A DNA stretch of 64,000 bases from an uncultured Clostridium sp. (lineage in GTDB: Bacteria; Bacillota; Clostridia; TANB77; CAG-508): contig CANOWW010000003.1 in assembly GCA_947571115.1 (NCBI GenBank), positions 81,293 through 145,292 on the forward strand, given 5' to 3'. Below the pieces are notes generated by a model that was not told the origin of the DNA, made no database searches, and saw only the letters and a program-made list of their open reading frames with translations. Below are positions 9,365 to 18,841 of the stretch, piece by piece. Positions within the stretch are counted from its first letter, which is position 1; every line of letters begins with the position of its first letter. Made by a program: the position numbers and the translations under genes.

Positions 9365-10201
9365 CTATTTTTCAATATCTTGTGTCTGTTCTACATATAA
9401 CTCATGAATTCTTGATTCTCTCATAGATGCTACATAATATGCCACTATTGTCTGTTTCTCATATCCCTCTAATGCTTTTCTAAAATCTTCAGGTATTTCG
9501 TCAGATTTTTTCATATAATATCTATAAGCATTTTCTAATTCACTCTTTCTTATTGGATTTCTTCCTACTCTGTCCTTATCAGATTTCTTTTCTCTTAGAA
9601 TATCTAAAATCTCTGGATCATCAGTTGAAATAGTTCCTGTTTCTTCTGTTCCACCATAAATACCAGATAAAGCAGCCGTATGCATATCTCTAAATTCATC
9701 TCTATCTTTATATTTATTTGCACCATCATATATTTCAGTAGCCAATTTTGCTGCTCTTGTTTCTTCTCCAATATCTTCTTTACCTTCTAAGGCGTCTTCA
9801 ATTCCTTGATAGATTCTTTCTATTCTTTTTCCTTTTAGTCCGCTTAATAGAACTCTTGTTAAAGCAATGCCTAGTCCACTTTTTTTATAATTAGGAATTT
9901 TAGATTTTAAAAATTCTTCTCCCATTCCTTCAAAAATTGGCTTTCCAAGTTCCATTCCAATAGCAATTCCTTTTGTAACTTCTTCATCTCCACCAATACA
10001 TTCTATTATACTGGCTGCTGACTGTGCTTTTAACATTGCTTCTATTTGTCTATTTTCTCCGTATATGTTTATTTTTCCAGCCAAATCTTGAATTACTTTT
10101 GAATTAGTAAATCTACCATTTAATATGGTATCTTGATATAATTTTTTCGTTAAATCATCTTCAGCTCTTTCTTCACTCATTTTTATCTCCTTTAATTCCA
10201 A
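9365..10201 (-). CDS. Hypothetical protein, operon partner of the HD-domain gene
   Basis: 278-aa ORF ending 30 nt upstream of the HD gene on the same strand. The C-terminal IVAYYVASMRESRIHELY vaguely recalls the dGTPase C-terminal DYIAGMTD helix. Confidence 0.45.
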   Translation of the reverse strand: MELKEIKMSEERAEDDLTKKLYQDTILNGRFTNSKVIQDLAGKINIYGENRQIEAMLKAQSAASIIECIGGDEEVTKGIAIGMELGKPIFEGMGEEFLKSKIPNYKKSGLGIALTRVLLSGLKGKRIERIYQGIEDALEGKEDIGEETRAAKLATEIYDGANKYKDRDEFRDMHTAALSGIYGGTEETGTISTDDPEILDILREKKSDKDRVGRNPIRKSELENAYRYYMKKSDEIPEDFRKALEGYEKQTIVAYYVASMRESRIHELYVEQTQDIEK

Positions 10202-10277
10202 TTATATTATACTATTTCATTTTGATAAAAATCAACACTCTATCGTTCGACCTTTTTCGACAAACATTTCTCAGCAA

Positions 10278-11684
10278 TTATCCATCAACACTAATATATT
10301 TCTGATTTTTACTCTTCGGCTTATCTTGTATTGTCATTTTCATTTTTCCACTATCTACTAATGGTTTCAAATAATTTCTTTTAAATCGATCCACACTTTT
10401 ATACCCACAATATTCCGCAATTTCTTTTGCAGTTCTTTCTTCTGTGCAAAATTGTAGTATTTTTTCTTCAACACTATCATACGTCTTTTCATACGTCTTT
10501 TCATACGTCTTTTTTTCTTCATTTTTATTATTTTGCGTTAAATCATATAACTCTTCATCCGTCTTTCTATAAAAAACAACGCTAAATCCATTTTTCTTTA
10601 TTTCAAATTTTACTTTTACATTTTCTTTTTGACACTCATCATAAATTCTTTTAAAGCCAGATCCCCATTTTTCAATATCTTTTGATAAATATAAAGTATT
10701 TGCAATCAACGGATTTCGTGGCATCGAGCCTTCCTTTCCTTCAATAAAATCTTCTGGAGTATATCCTTCTGGAAATTCTCCTGGATTAAAGATTTCAATT
10801 CTATCTTTATAAATTGCAATTTCATTGCTTTTCGGATTCTTAAAATCTCTGTGTATAATCGAATTGATTAAAGCCTCTCTAATCGCTTCGATTGGTATTT
10901 CTGGAATTTCTACTCGCTCCATACTTCCACTTTTAAAATTAACAGGCCATTTTATATTTTTTCTAATATAGCCTTCTCCAGCTTCAATTAATTCAAAAAT
11001 ATTTCCAAAAACTTGGTCAATATCTAGAAAAGTCAATTTTGTTTCTGTTGCAAAAATTGCCATTTGCATTTCTAGTTTTGCTTCCTCAGCAAACAAAATA
11101 TGTCCTGCATTTAATAACTCACTATTTTTATTAACTAGAGCTAATTTTTTTAAGATTTCTTCTTTGTTTGTATATGGAAAATTGATTCTTTTTGCTTCTC
11201 TACCTTTTTCAATAAAACCTTTTAGCAATTCTTCATCAATATTTTGCATTGTATAATCAGAAACTTTATTTTCCCATTTACCGACTTCGTTTTCATCTTT
11301 TAAAATCATGTTCCTGATTTCCTTCATAGAAAGTTGTCTATCTTCATCTCCAACTCTCATATAAGCTCGTCCAAATGCCAAATAAGGGATATCATCTCCT
11401 TCAAATTCAACTAATATACAGTCTTTATCGTTTACCTTAATTTTATTCACAACTGGATATATTTTCGGCTCTATATTCTCCGATATTGCCTTTGAAACAT
11501 CTCGAATTGTCTTTGTTGATACTTCTTGTCCAATAATTTCACCATTGTCTTTTATTCCAAAATACAATTTTCCGTTCTGATGCTTATTCAATATCGAAAC
11601 AATTGAAATAATTCCCTCTTTTAGTTCGCCAGTCGTTTTCTTGAATTCAATTACTTCGTTTTCTAAAAAATTGATATTTGCCAT
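10278..11684 (-). CDS. AlbA_2 (Schlafen-like) domain protein with HATPase_c_4-like region and C-terminal wHTH
   Basis: 468 aa. The N-terminus NFLENEVIEFKKTTGELKEGIISIVSILNKHQNGKLYFGIKDNGEIIG is typical of AlbA_2 / divergent AAA DNA-binding domains. The C-terminus has an HTH-like TAKEIAEYCGYKSVDRFKRNYLKPL. Confidence 0.55.
   Translation of the reverse strand: MANINFLENEVIEFKKTTGELKEGIISIVSILNKHQNGKLYFGIKDNGEIIGQEVSTKTIRDVSKAISENIEPKIYPVVNKIKVNDKDCILVEFEGDDIPYLAFGRAYMRVGDEDRQLSMKEIRNMILKDENEVGKWENKVSDYTMQNIDEELLKGFIEKGREAKRINFPYTNKEEILKKLALVNKNSELLNAGHILFAEEAKLEMQMAIFATETKLTFLDIDQVFGNIFELIEAGEGYIRKNIKWPVNFKSGSMERVEIPEIPIEAIREALINSIIHRDFKNPKSNEIAIYKDRIEIFNPGEFPEGYTPEDFIEGKEGSMPRNPLIANTLYLSKDIEKWGSGFKRIYDECQKENVKVKFEIKKNGFSVVFYRKTDEELYDLTQNNKNEEKKTYEKTYEKTYDSVEEKILQFCTEERTAKEIAEYCGYKSVDRFKRNYLKPLVDSGKMKMTIQDKPKSKNQKYISVDG
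10478..10513. repeat. 3 x 12-nt perfect tandem repeat inside the AlbA_2 gene
   Basis: catacgtctttt occurs three times and encodes the in-frame peptide (K)TYEKTYEKTYE. Confidence 0.9.
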
Positions 11685-11760
11685 AAATTCGTCTCCTATT
11701 AAACCTATATTTTATATTGTAACATATTTTATAAAATATTTGTAGTGTCTTTCTAAAATT

Positions 11761-11934
11761 TTATAATTCCCATTCCTCTTCATCTTCTGTTTCAATTTCT
11801 TTTCTATTTTTATAATCGAAAATAACTTTTTCATCATACTCAGCTAGATTATAAGCCAATACACTTGCCATAGCTTGTACAATTTGCTCTTCTGTATTTG
11901 GATTGATAAACTTTATATTCAGTTTCTTTTTCAT
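11761..11934 (-). CDS. Small acidic hypothetical protein (57 aa), below the ORF-track cut-off
   Basis: My translation is MKKKLNIKFINPNTEEQIVQAMASVLAYNLAEYDEKVIFDYKNRKEIETEDEEEWEL*. It fits neatly between flanking genes on the same strand. Confidence 0.3.
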   Translation of the reverse strand: MKKKLNIKFINPNTEEQIVQAMASVLAYNLAEYDEKVIFDYKNRKEIETEDEEEWEL

Positions 11935-11993
11935 ATTCTCTTCGCCTTTCCTTTAATTTTATTTTTTAATTTTGAAAATATTACTTAAAAAAA

Positions 11994-12491
11994 CTAATTA
12001 TCGTATAAGGCTTCCCATTCCTCAGTTGTATGATAATCTTCCATAAATGCAAATTTAGTTTGATGAAATGTATCTCTTCTTTCATTCTTTTTATTTTTTA
12101 TTTCTTTAGTAGTGGTTACTGGTTGGTTATTGGATGGTTGATTTCTGGTTACTAACTGGTTAGCTTCATTCCCATCACCTTGCATCTCGTCATAATTTAC
12201 AATTGTTACAATCGTATATTTGTTGGTTGCTTCTACAACAATATCGTTAGTCGATTCTAACTTTTTCAAAGCTGTCCTTACTTTTTGAACTCCCATTTTT
12301 AATTCTTCTGCCAAATGCTCTCTACTAGTTACAATCTGACCTCTTTTAATTGTCATTTCTTCCCATTCTTTGTCCTTAAAATTAGCTTTCACTAATAAAT
12401 GTAAATAAACATCCTTTACATTTTGATCTTGATACCATTGCCAATCAAAAATTCCTCTCGGCAATTTTACCCATCCTTTACTTATATCCAT
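11994..12491 (-). CDS. Phage/plasmid replication-organiser-like wHTH protein
   Basis: 165 aa. GWVKLPRGIFDWQWYQDQNVKDVYLHLLVKANF...RGQIVTSREHLAEELKMGVQKVRTALKKLE resembles the N-terminal wHTH of phage replisome organiser / DnaD-like proteins. Confidence 0.4.
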   Translation of the reverse strand: MDISKGWVKLPRGIFDWQWYQDQNVKDVYLHLLVKANFKDKEWEEMTIKRGQIVTSREHLAEELKMGVQKVRTALKKLESTNDIVVEATNKYTIVTIVNYDEMQGDGNEANQLVTRNQPSNNQPVTTTKEIKNKKNERRDTFHQTKFAFMEDYHTTEEWEALYDN

Positions 12492-12648
12492 AAAACTTTC
12501 TCCCTTCTTAAATAAAAATTTTTAAGCAATAGAAAAAAGCCTAATATAAATTAGACTTTTCCTCGGGAAAATTTTATGTGTTTAAATTTTTAAAATCAAG
12601 GTAAGAAAAATCCAACACTTTTCCATCCCTTCTTTATCAAAAGTAAAT

Positions 12649-12685
12649 AACCTCACATTATAAATATAAAATGTGAGGTTTTTAC
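12649..12685 (-). terminator. Hairpin terminator downstream of the PadR-like gene
   Basis: 10-bp perfect stem aacctcacat / atgtgaggtt with T-rich flanks on both strands. Confidence 0.5.
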
Positions 12686-12712
12686 TAACATTCTATTGAT
12701 TTTTACTATCCA

Positions 12713-13231
12713 TTAATTTTGATCTAATAAAATTTCATTTTTCTCTTCCATAATCCATTCTTTTAAAGCATTTATTACTCTTATTTGTTGTCTAAAAATC
12801 ATTTTATCTGTGTAAGATAAAAAATTTTCATTCTCGAAAAATTTTTGTCTCTTTTTCTCAAGCCCATCTTTTATATAATCAAAATACCTTAGTTGGTCTT
12901 TTTTATTTATAAATTCAAAATTTACAATTAGCTCATTTATATCAATAAAGATATTGGTTTCATAAAGTTTCATTCTATCTTCAAGTATTTTTTGAAAAAA
13001 ATCTATTCCCTTTGATGTAACACTATATACAATAATCTCTCTTCCTTTCTGTTTTCTTTTCTCTCCAATAACATATTCTTTTTCCTGTAATTTTTTAATT
13101 TGCTTATATAAAGTTCCTAAGTTAAAGTGAATTACTTTATGAATATTTTTATTTTTCAAATTTCTTCTCATTTCTCCAATATGTTGTGATTTTCTCTTTA
13201 GTTCCCCTAATATTATTAAATCCAAACTCAT
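12713..13231 (-). CDS. PadR-family transcriptional regulator
   Basis: 172 aa. N-terminal wHTH pattern ILGELKRKSQHIGEMRRNL...LYKQIKKLQEKEYV and a C-terminal coiled extension. Confidence 0.55.
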   Translation of the reverse strand: MSLDLIILGELKRKSQHIGEMRRNLKNKNIHKVIHFNLGTLYKQIKKLQEKEYVIGEKRKQKGREIIVYSVTSKGIDFFQKILEDRMKLYETNIFIDINELIVNFEFINKKDQLRYFDYIKDGLEKKRQKFFENENFLSYTDKMIFRQQIRVINALKEWIMEEKNEILLDQN

Positions 13232-13274
13232 ACAAAATCCTTTCTAAGTACTAATATTTATTAACTATGAGAGT

Positions 13275-13586
13275 TTATACTTTCATTATTTTTTTTAATA
13301 ATTCTGCATTTTCATCTTTTAATAGGAATTGTCTAATGCCATAAAAAGAAGGTTTTATTGAACTCGGAGTGCAACCATATTCTTTTGCTAAAGTAGTATA
13401 TGTATATATTTGTTCTTGATTTATATCTAAATTGTAATATTTAATGAATCTATCTTTTTGCTTTTCCGTTTTATCAGAATTATTAATCATTTCAAATAAT
13501 ATATTTTTTTGTTTATTTGACAATTGATTTGCTCTTGCTATATCTAATGTTTTATCTACTATTTCAACTTTTTCTCTTGGTTTCAT
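13275..13586 (-). CDS. Small HTH protein (sigma-70 region-4-like)
   Basis: 103 aa. The segment LSNKQKNILFEM...TTLAKEYGCTPSSIKPSFYGIRQFL resembles a region-4 HTH. It is divergent from the XRE genes. Confidence 0.35.
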   Translation of the reverse strand: MKPREKVEIVDKTLDIARANQLSNKQKNILFEMINNSDKTEKQKDRFIKYYNLDINQEQIYTYTTLAKEYGCTPSSIKPSFYGIRQFLLKDENAELLKKIMKV

Positions 13587-13793
13587 TAAGCTACCTCCTT
13601 ACTACATTAATTGCTGTCTTACCATTTAGCAGTATTTTTACTCAACAAAATCTCACCTCCTCTTTTTATATTTTTAAATCGTTATTTCCATAGATTTATC
13701 AAGATTTTACAAAGAAGAAATAATTTTCCTTACTCAATTGTTTATGGAAATGAGCATGAATATTTTGTAATATATCTATGGAGAATAGTATAG

Positions 13794-14075
13794 ATGGAGG
13801 TGTATAATATTAATAAAAAATATAAAAATGAAACTCGTGAAAATTTAGCAAATAATATTCTATCTATGCGATATGAACGAGATTGGAGTCAAGAGAAATT
13901 AGCTGAATTAGCACATTCTAGCGCTGTGTATATCAGTAACATTGAGCAGGGCAAAAGGAATGTTTCAATTGATTTTATAGATAATATTGCTAAAATATTC
14001 GGAGTACCAACTTATAAAATGTTAATAGAAAACCCTAAGATTCAGAACAGAGGCAGAGTAGATAGCAAAAAATAG
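13794..14075 (+). CDS. XRE-family HTH regulator
   Basis: 93 aa. WSQEKLAELAHSSAVYISNIEQGKRNVSIDFIDNIAKIFGV is a canonical Cro/CI HTH. Confidence 0.75.
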   Translation: MEVYNINKKYKNETRENLANNILSMRYERDWSQEKLAELAHSSAVYISNIEQGKRNVSIDFIDNIAKIFGVPTYKMLIENPKIQNRGRVDSKK

Positions 14076-14244
14076 TTGCAGTATTTTTTGCTGTTTTTTA
14101 TAGGCATTATTCTATTAAAATACAAAATTCTCCATCCATATGAAAGTATATTATATTCTGTATGCAAAGTCAAGATTGGTAATAGATTATTAACTTCCTT
14201 TCTGTACAAAGATAAAATAATATATAGTAAAGGAGAAGTTTTTT

Positions 14245-14607
14245 ATGGTAAAATATGAAATAGATTATAAATCAGTCGGAGAAAGAATAAAGAATTCTCG
14301 AATTAGCAAAAATATAACACAAGATAAGTTAGCTGAACTCATTGATATAAATCCAAGTCATTTAAGTAATATTGAAAGAGGAAAGACAAAAATGAGTACA
14401 GATACTCTTGCAAACATTGCAAGAAGCTTGAATATTTCAATAGATTATTTGCTTTTTGGTGATGTAACTTTAGAATATAATCAATTCACAAATATAGCTT
14501 TTTTAGAGATTCAAGAGATGTTGGGAAATAAAAATAAAGATGAAGTTAATGCTTTTATAACTTTTTGCAAAAATTTTATTGACCTTTTACCTCAAATACG
14601 CAAATAA
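14245..14607 (+). CDS. XRE-family HTH regulator
   Basis: 120 aa. ITQDKLAELIDINPSHLSNIERGKTKMSTDTLANIARSLNISIDYLL. Confidence 0.75.
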   Translation: MVKYEIDYKSVGERIKNSRISKNITQDKLAELIDINPSHLSNIERGKTKMSTDTLANIARSLNISIDYLLFGDVTLEYNQFTNIAFLEIQEMLGNKNKDEVNAFITFCKNFIDLLPQIRK

Positions 14608-14625
14608 TAGATAAATTGAAATCAA

Positions 14626-14658
14626 GGAAGTAAAGAATTTTTTTACTTCCTTAATTTT
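14626..14658 (+). terminator. Rho-independent terminator after the second XRE gene
   Basis: 9-bp stem ggaagtaaa / tttacttcc followed by ttaatttt. Confidence 0.7.
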
Positions 14659-14678
14659 GCCTTTTAATTCTATAAAAG

Positions 14679-14732
14679 GCAGGATAAGCACGAGTCGTCC
14701 TCGTGCTGAAACTCACAAACAGCAAGCTGTTT
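14679..14732 (+). repeat. Inverted-repeat unit A flanking the ParB-like gene
   Basis: GCAGGATAAGCAC, then a hairpin (gcacgag..ctcgtgc), then the 16-bp near-palindrome AAACAGCAAGCTGTTT. Mirrored at 16014-16067. Confidence 0.8.
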
Positions 14733-14794
14733 GGAATTAGTTATCTTATAAGATTCTAACTCATTTTTAACCCAAAGTACACTTCGGTGTACTT

Positions 14795-15844
14795 TCAACT
14801 ATTTTTATTTTCTAACGCATTTAATATTGTTCTTTTTATCATTTTTTTATTTTTAAAATCATCAAAGAAAGGTTCTAATTCAAATTCATCAAATAAAATA
14901 CTAATTTTCTTTGATAAGTTGCTGTTAGTAAAGATTTCTTCTATTTTCTCTTTTGTTAAATATTCATTATAAGATTTTTCTTTCATCCTTTTGGCTTGAG
15001 ACTCGTTAATTTTTGCATTCTTAAATTTGATGTAATTAGCAATTATATTTTGTTCTTCTTTTCTCAAAAATGATAAATGTTCTGCAATTTTCAAATTAAT
15101 TATTCCATTATCTATTGCCTCTTGCAAGTCCTGATTCAAATAATTAATTCTCAAATACCTTTGAATATTTCCATTAGACACGCTATTTTCTTTCATAATC
15201 GCTTTTCTGATATTCAAATCTCTTTGATTATCATTCATAATATCCTTATCAACTTTTTCTTTTAATTTCTCATCTTTCAAAGCCTGCTTTCTCATTAAGT
15301 AAGCTTTTGCCCTCTCTGTTGGTTTTATTATTGCTCTAGATGTAAGATTCGTATCTACTAAATATAGTTTTGCTTCATCATCTGTTTTTTCTCTCACATA
15401 ACAAGGAAATTCGGTTAATCCAATATTTCTTCCACATTTTCTTCTCCTGTGCCCTGACAAAATCTGATATTTCCCTTGATATGGTCTTACAATAATTGGC
15501 TCAATAATTCCATTTACTCTGATTGAATCTTCTAACTCCTTATTATCCTCTTCATTATCCGTACGAAATGGCTGATTTTCATAATCAATTAGTTCCTCAT
15601 CTTTCAAAAAAAGTAAATTGTGTTGATTTGCATTTTCTGTGGCTATCTCATTATCTGCATAAATCTTGTCTATATCACTTTCTATTAAAATCTGATTGTC
15701 CATCATTTCCAATGCTTCTTCTTTTGTTTTTCCTTCTCTTTTCCATTGTTTTACAATTTCCAATACCTCATCCAACTTTGCCTCTCTAATAATCCTACTT
15801 ATGTGTGGATTTTCCTTGTAAATTTTTTCATCTTCATTTCCCAT
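14795..15844 (-). CDS. ParB/Srx-like nuclease-domain protein
   Basis: 349 aa. ParB N-terminal domain motif GIIEPIIVRPYQGKYQILSGHRRRKCG. Confidence 0.7.
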   Translation of the reverse strand: MGNEDEKIYKENPHISRIIREAKLDEVLEIVKQWKREGKTKEEALEMMDNQILIESDIDKIYADNEIATENANQHNLLFLKDEELIDYENQPFRTDNEEDNKELEDSIRVNGIIEPIIVRPYQGKYQILSGHRRRKCGRNIGLTEFPCYVREKTDDEAKLYLVDTNLTSRAIIKPTERAKAYLMRKQALKDEKLKEKVDKDIMNDNQRDLNIRKAIMKENSVSNGNIQRYLRINYLNQDLQEAIDNGIINLKIAEHLSFLRKEEQNIIANYIKFKNAKINESQAKRMKEKSYNEYLTKEKIEEIFTNSNLSKKISILFDEFELEPFFDDFKNKKMIKRTILNALENKNS

Positions 15845-16013
15845 AAAAATAACTCCTTTTCAATAAATTTACAATTTTCATTGTTGGAGCTATTGTATTC
15901 TTTTTCATTTTTTAAGTAAAAGTAAGAAGAATCCTAAACCCTATATTTTTACTTTATCAAAAAAATTGGAGTAACTTGTAAATAAGTTGTTCATTCTTCA
16001 TTTGAGTTATTCT

Positions 16014-16067
16014 AAACAGCTCGCTGTTTATGTGTCTTATCACAAATGTAAGTTGTGCTTATCCTGC
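16014..16067 (-). repeat. Inverted-repeat unit B flanking the ParB-like gene
   Basis: The minus strand reads GCAGGATAAGCAC, then a different hairpin (cacaa..ttgtg), then AAACAGCGAGCTGTTT. The 13-nt end matches unit A perfectly. Confidence 0.8.
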
Positions 16068-16113
16068 GTTTAATCAATTTCAAACTTCGCAAGAATTTTC
16101 TTATACAAAAATA

Positions 16114-17565
16114 TTAATAAAATAAGTTTTCTTTCATTTCAATAACTTTTTTAGTTATTTTTTCGAATTTGTATACAGAAGCAAAGATTACTTGATGCTC
16201 ACCAAAATCTCTTTCCAAAATTTTTAACATTGCTGTAGAATTATCATCAGTTAACTCACTTGTTCTTGGAGAGTCAATTATCAATGGTAATATTAATCCA
16301 TATTTTCTCTTTATTTCAAGCACATAAGCTATTTTAAAAGTAAAAGCCATTTGTGTTAAAATTCTACCAGTCTTTCCCTTTAGCTGATTAGTTAGTACAA
16401 AATTTTGATTATCTTTAATATACTTGTCAAACTCTAATTCTTTAGCATATTTTTCAATAGTCTCATATATAGATACTAAATACTTATTGTTATTTGAAAG
16501 AACAGCATGTAACTCTTCTACTAATTTTTGTTTTCTTCTAGTCAACTGCCCTATTATTTTATCAATTTGCTTTTCATTTATGTTGACAGTTTGCAACATT
16601 TCATCAACTTCATCTGCAACAGTTTTTACATTAAATAAAAGATTTCGATTATTTATCTCATTTTCAATTTTACTTATTTCATTATTTATTTTAGCTAAAG
16701 TTATTTCTAATTCTCTTTTTCTTGTTTCATAAAAAATTTGATTTTCATTATAATTCAAAATATTACTTTTAGATAATTTTATCGAATTCTCTTCAGAAAT
16801 TTTTACATAAATATCTAATCTTTCAAGATATTCAACTATTTTTTTATTATCCAATAAAATTATATTTACATCCTTAATATCCTTTTTGACTTCAACTGCT
16901 CTCATTTTTAACAAGTTAATTTTGCTATATAATTCATTATCCTGATTTTTTGTGTAAGATGTTGTTTCTTCAATCATATTTTCACTTTTGTATTCGGCTA
17001 TAGTTTTTAATGTTCTATATTTTCTTATCTCATCTTCAATCTTTTTGATTTCATCGTTAATTGATGTAACATCCTTTTCTGATAATGCTGAAATAAAATC
17101 TTCTATATTAAATCTATTTTTTCCTATTATAATTCCTCTATTTAAAAGAGTCCAGCCTTTTTCTTGATCAATATAGAAAATTGCTAATAAATTATTTAAT
17201 ATCATAATATCATTTATATCAAATATTTCAGCATGTAATTCATTTATCTGTTCTGGCATTACATATGTTATTTTTTCATCTTTAATACAAAAATATATTA
17301 TATCTCCATGCCTTTCAATTTTATATACTTGTGAGTTTTTAGTATATTCTATTAATATATAAAAATCATCAAATGTTTTAATTCCGTCCGTTGCTGGTAT
17401 ATTATAACCAAATCCATATAATATGGCTCTTAATAATGTTGTCTTTCCTTTTGAATTATCTTTACTGTATATCAAATTAATTTTATCATCAAATATAAAT
17501 TCTCTTTTTGCATCTTTCCATTGAATAATAACTTTTTTAATTTTCATATTGACTAGCCCTTTCAA
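16114..17565 (-). CDS. SMC/ABC-like coiled-coil ATPase, LmuB-like
   Basis: 483 aa. N-terminal P-loop INLIYSKDNSKGKTTLLRAIL, a long coiled-coil middle and a C-terminal Walker-B-like LPLIIDSPRTSEL. Its start overlaps the upstream gene by 29 nt. Confidence 0.5.
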   Translation of the reverse strand: MKGLVNMKIKKVIIQWKDAKREFIFDDKINLIYSKDNSKGKTTLLRAILYGFGYNIPATDGIKTFDDFYILIEYTKNSQVYKIERHGDIIYFCIKDEKITYVMPEQINELHAEIFDINDIMILNNLLAIFYIDQEKGWTLLNRGIIIGKNRFNIEDFISALSEKDVTSINDEIKKIEDEIRKYRTLKTIAEYKSENMIEETTSYTKNQDNELYSKINLLKMRAVEVKKDIKDVNIILLDNKKIVEYLERLDIYVKISEENSIKLSKSNILNYNENQIFYETRKRELEITLAKINNEISKIENEINNRNLLFNVKTVADEVDEMLQTVNINEKQIDKIIGQLTRRKQKLVEELHAVLSNNNKYLVSIYETIEKYAKELEFDKYIKDNQNFVLTNQLKGKTGRILTQMAFTFKIAYVLEIKRKYGLILPLIIDSPRTSELTDDNSTAMLKILERDFGEHQVIFASVYKFEKITKKVIEMKENLFY

Positions 17566-18562
17566 ACATTTGCATTATATTTCTTTTTCTTATGAATATC
17601 CTTTTTGCTATAATTTTTGAACAAGCTTTTTCTATAGTTTCCATATTATCATTTTTATTATTTTCAAAAACTATATCATATATCTCATTTTCATATTGAA
17701 TAATAAAAGTATTACTTTTTATATTTTGTATATTGTTTTTAACTTTTTCTATTAAATTGCTTATCCTATTATATGTTTTAAAATCAGCTTCTTTATAATT
17801 AATTATTTTGTCATATTTATCTAATGCCTCAAAAAAATCTTCTTCCTCTATTTCCATGTTATCATCATACTTTATTGAGTTGCTATCACCTAACTTTAGT
17901 ATTAAAAGTCTCCATAAAACATCTTCTCTTTTTATTTTTAGTTTCAGATTATTTTGAGTTGAATTATGATAAGCCTCCGATTCTAGCATTTCTAAAAATC
18001 TATTCTTATACTGTAATAAATCTGAACTAATAAAGGTTAAAAAGTCATCAAGTTTTGCAATTATATATTTTTGTCTAGTATCTTTGTCTTCACTAAAAAA
18101 AGGTACTTTGGCAATTACTAATTTATCTTTGTCGATATTATTTTTTAACTTTTTAAGTTGATCATCTATTTTTTCTTTTGATGCTTCTGATAGCTCATTA
18201 TATCTAAGAAAAGATAGTAATTCAAATTCATTCGTTCCAGAATTCAATGGATTAGGTTCTAAATTGCTTATATATATTAGACTTTCAGAATCATTATCAT
18301 TTACATCTGATAATGATTCTAAAGCCTCTTTTAACTTTGTTGAATATGAACTTGTATCTCCATTATTAACATTCTGCTTTGATTTTGCTTGAGCATAAAT
18401 CTTCCTATTGTTATTTAATAATATTTCAATATCCTCTTTTTCTCCTTCTATTTTCATCTCTTCGAATTTTCCAAAATATTTAATCATTAAATATATAGCC
18501 ATATTAATTTGAAATTGCCAACCAAAGGCACTTGCACTAGCATTTCTATTCTTATTATTCAT
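17537..18562 (-). CDS. Cap4/DUF4297-type nuclease-domain protein, LmuA-like
   Basis: 341 aa. The N-terminus GWQFQINMAIYLMIKYF...MKIEGEKEDIEILLNNNRKIYAQAKSK fits the PD-(D/E)xK pattern of Cap4-type dsDNA endonuclease domains. Confidence 0.45.
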   Translation of the reverse strand: MNNKNRNASASAFGWQFQINMAIYLMIKYFGKFEEMKIEGEKEDIEILLNNNRKIYAQAKSKQNVNNGDTSSYSTKLKEALESLSDVNDNDSESLIYISNLEPNPLNSGTNEFELLSFLRYNELSEASKEKIDDQLKKLKNNIDKDKLVIAKVPFFSEDKDTRQKYIIAKLDDFLTFISSDLLQYKNRFLEMLESEAYHNSTQNNLKLKIKREDVLWRLLILKLGDSNSIKYDDNMEIEEEDFFEALDKYDKIINYKEADFKTYNRISNLIEKVKNNIQNIKSNTFIIQYENEIYDIVFENNKNDNMETIEKACSKIIAKRIFIRKRNIMQMFERASQYEN

Positions 18563-18728
18563 TATCTTTCCTCTTTTACTATCAAAAATTTAATTTTAAC
18601 AATTAATGTATATTTTCCAAAATTTCTACAATCAAACTATTCTAATTTACTAGCACTATATCATATTTTCATCAAAAAATAAAGTATTTCAAGCATATTT
18701 TTGCTCAAAATACTCTTTATTCTACCTT

Positions 18729-18796
18729 ATCACCAACCCCAACCTCACAACCGGATTCCTCTCTGCCAAGAAAATCTTCCTAATCTCAATACTTTC
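18729..18796. repeat. Copy 1 of a 68-bp direct repeat of the element's right-end sequence
   Basis: 62 of 68 nt are identical to 23037-23104. The minus strand encodes ...ESIEIRKIFLAERNPVVRLGLVIR*. Confidence 0.85.
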
Positions 18797-18841
18797 CAAC
18801 AATATTCTATTTTCTTTGCAATCTTTACATTCTTTCATTTA

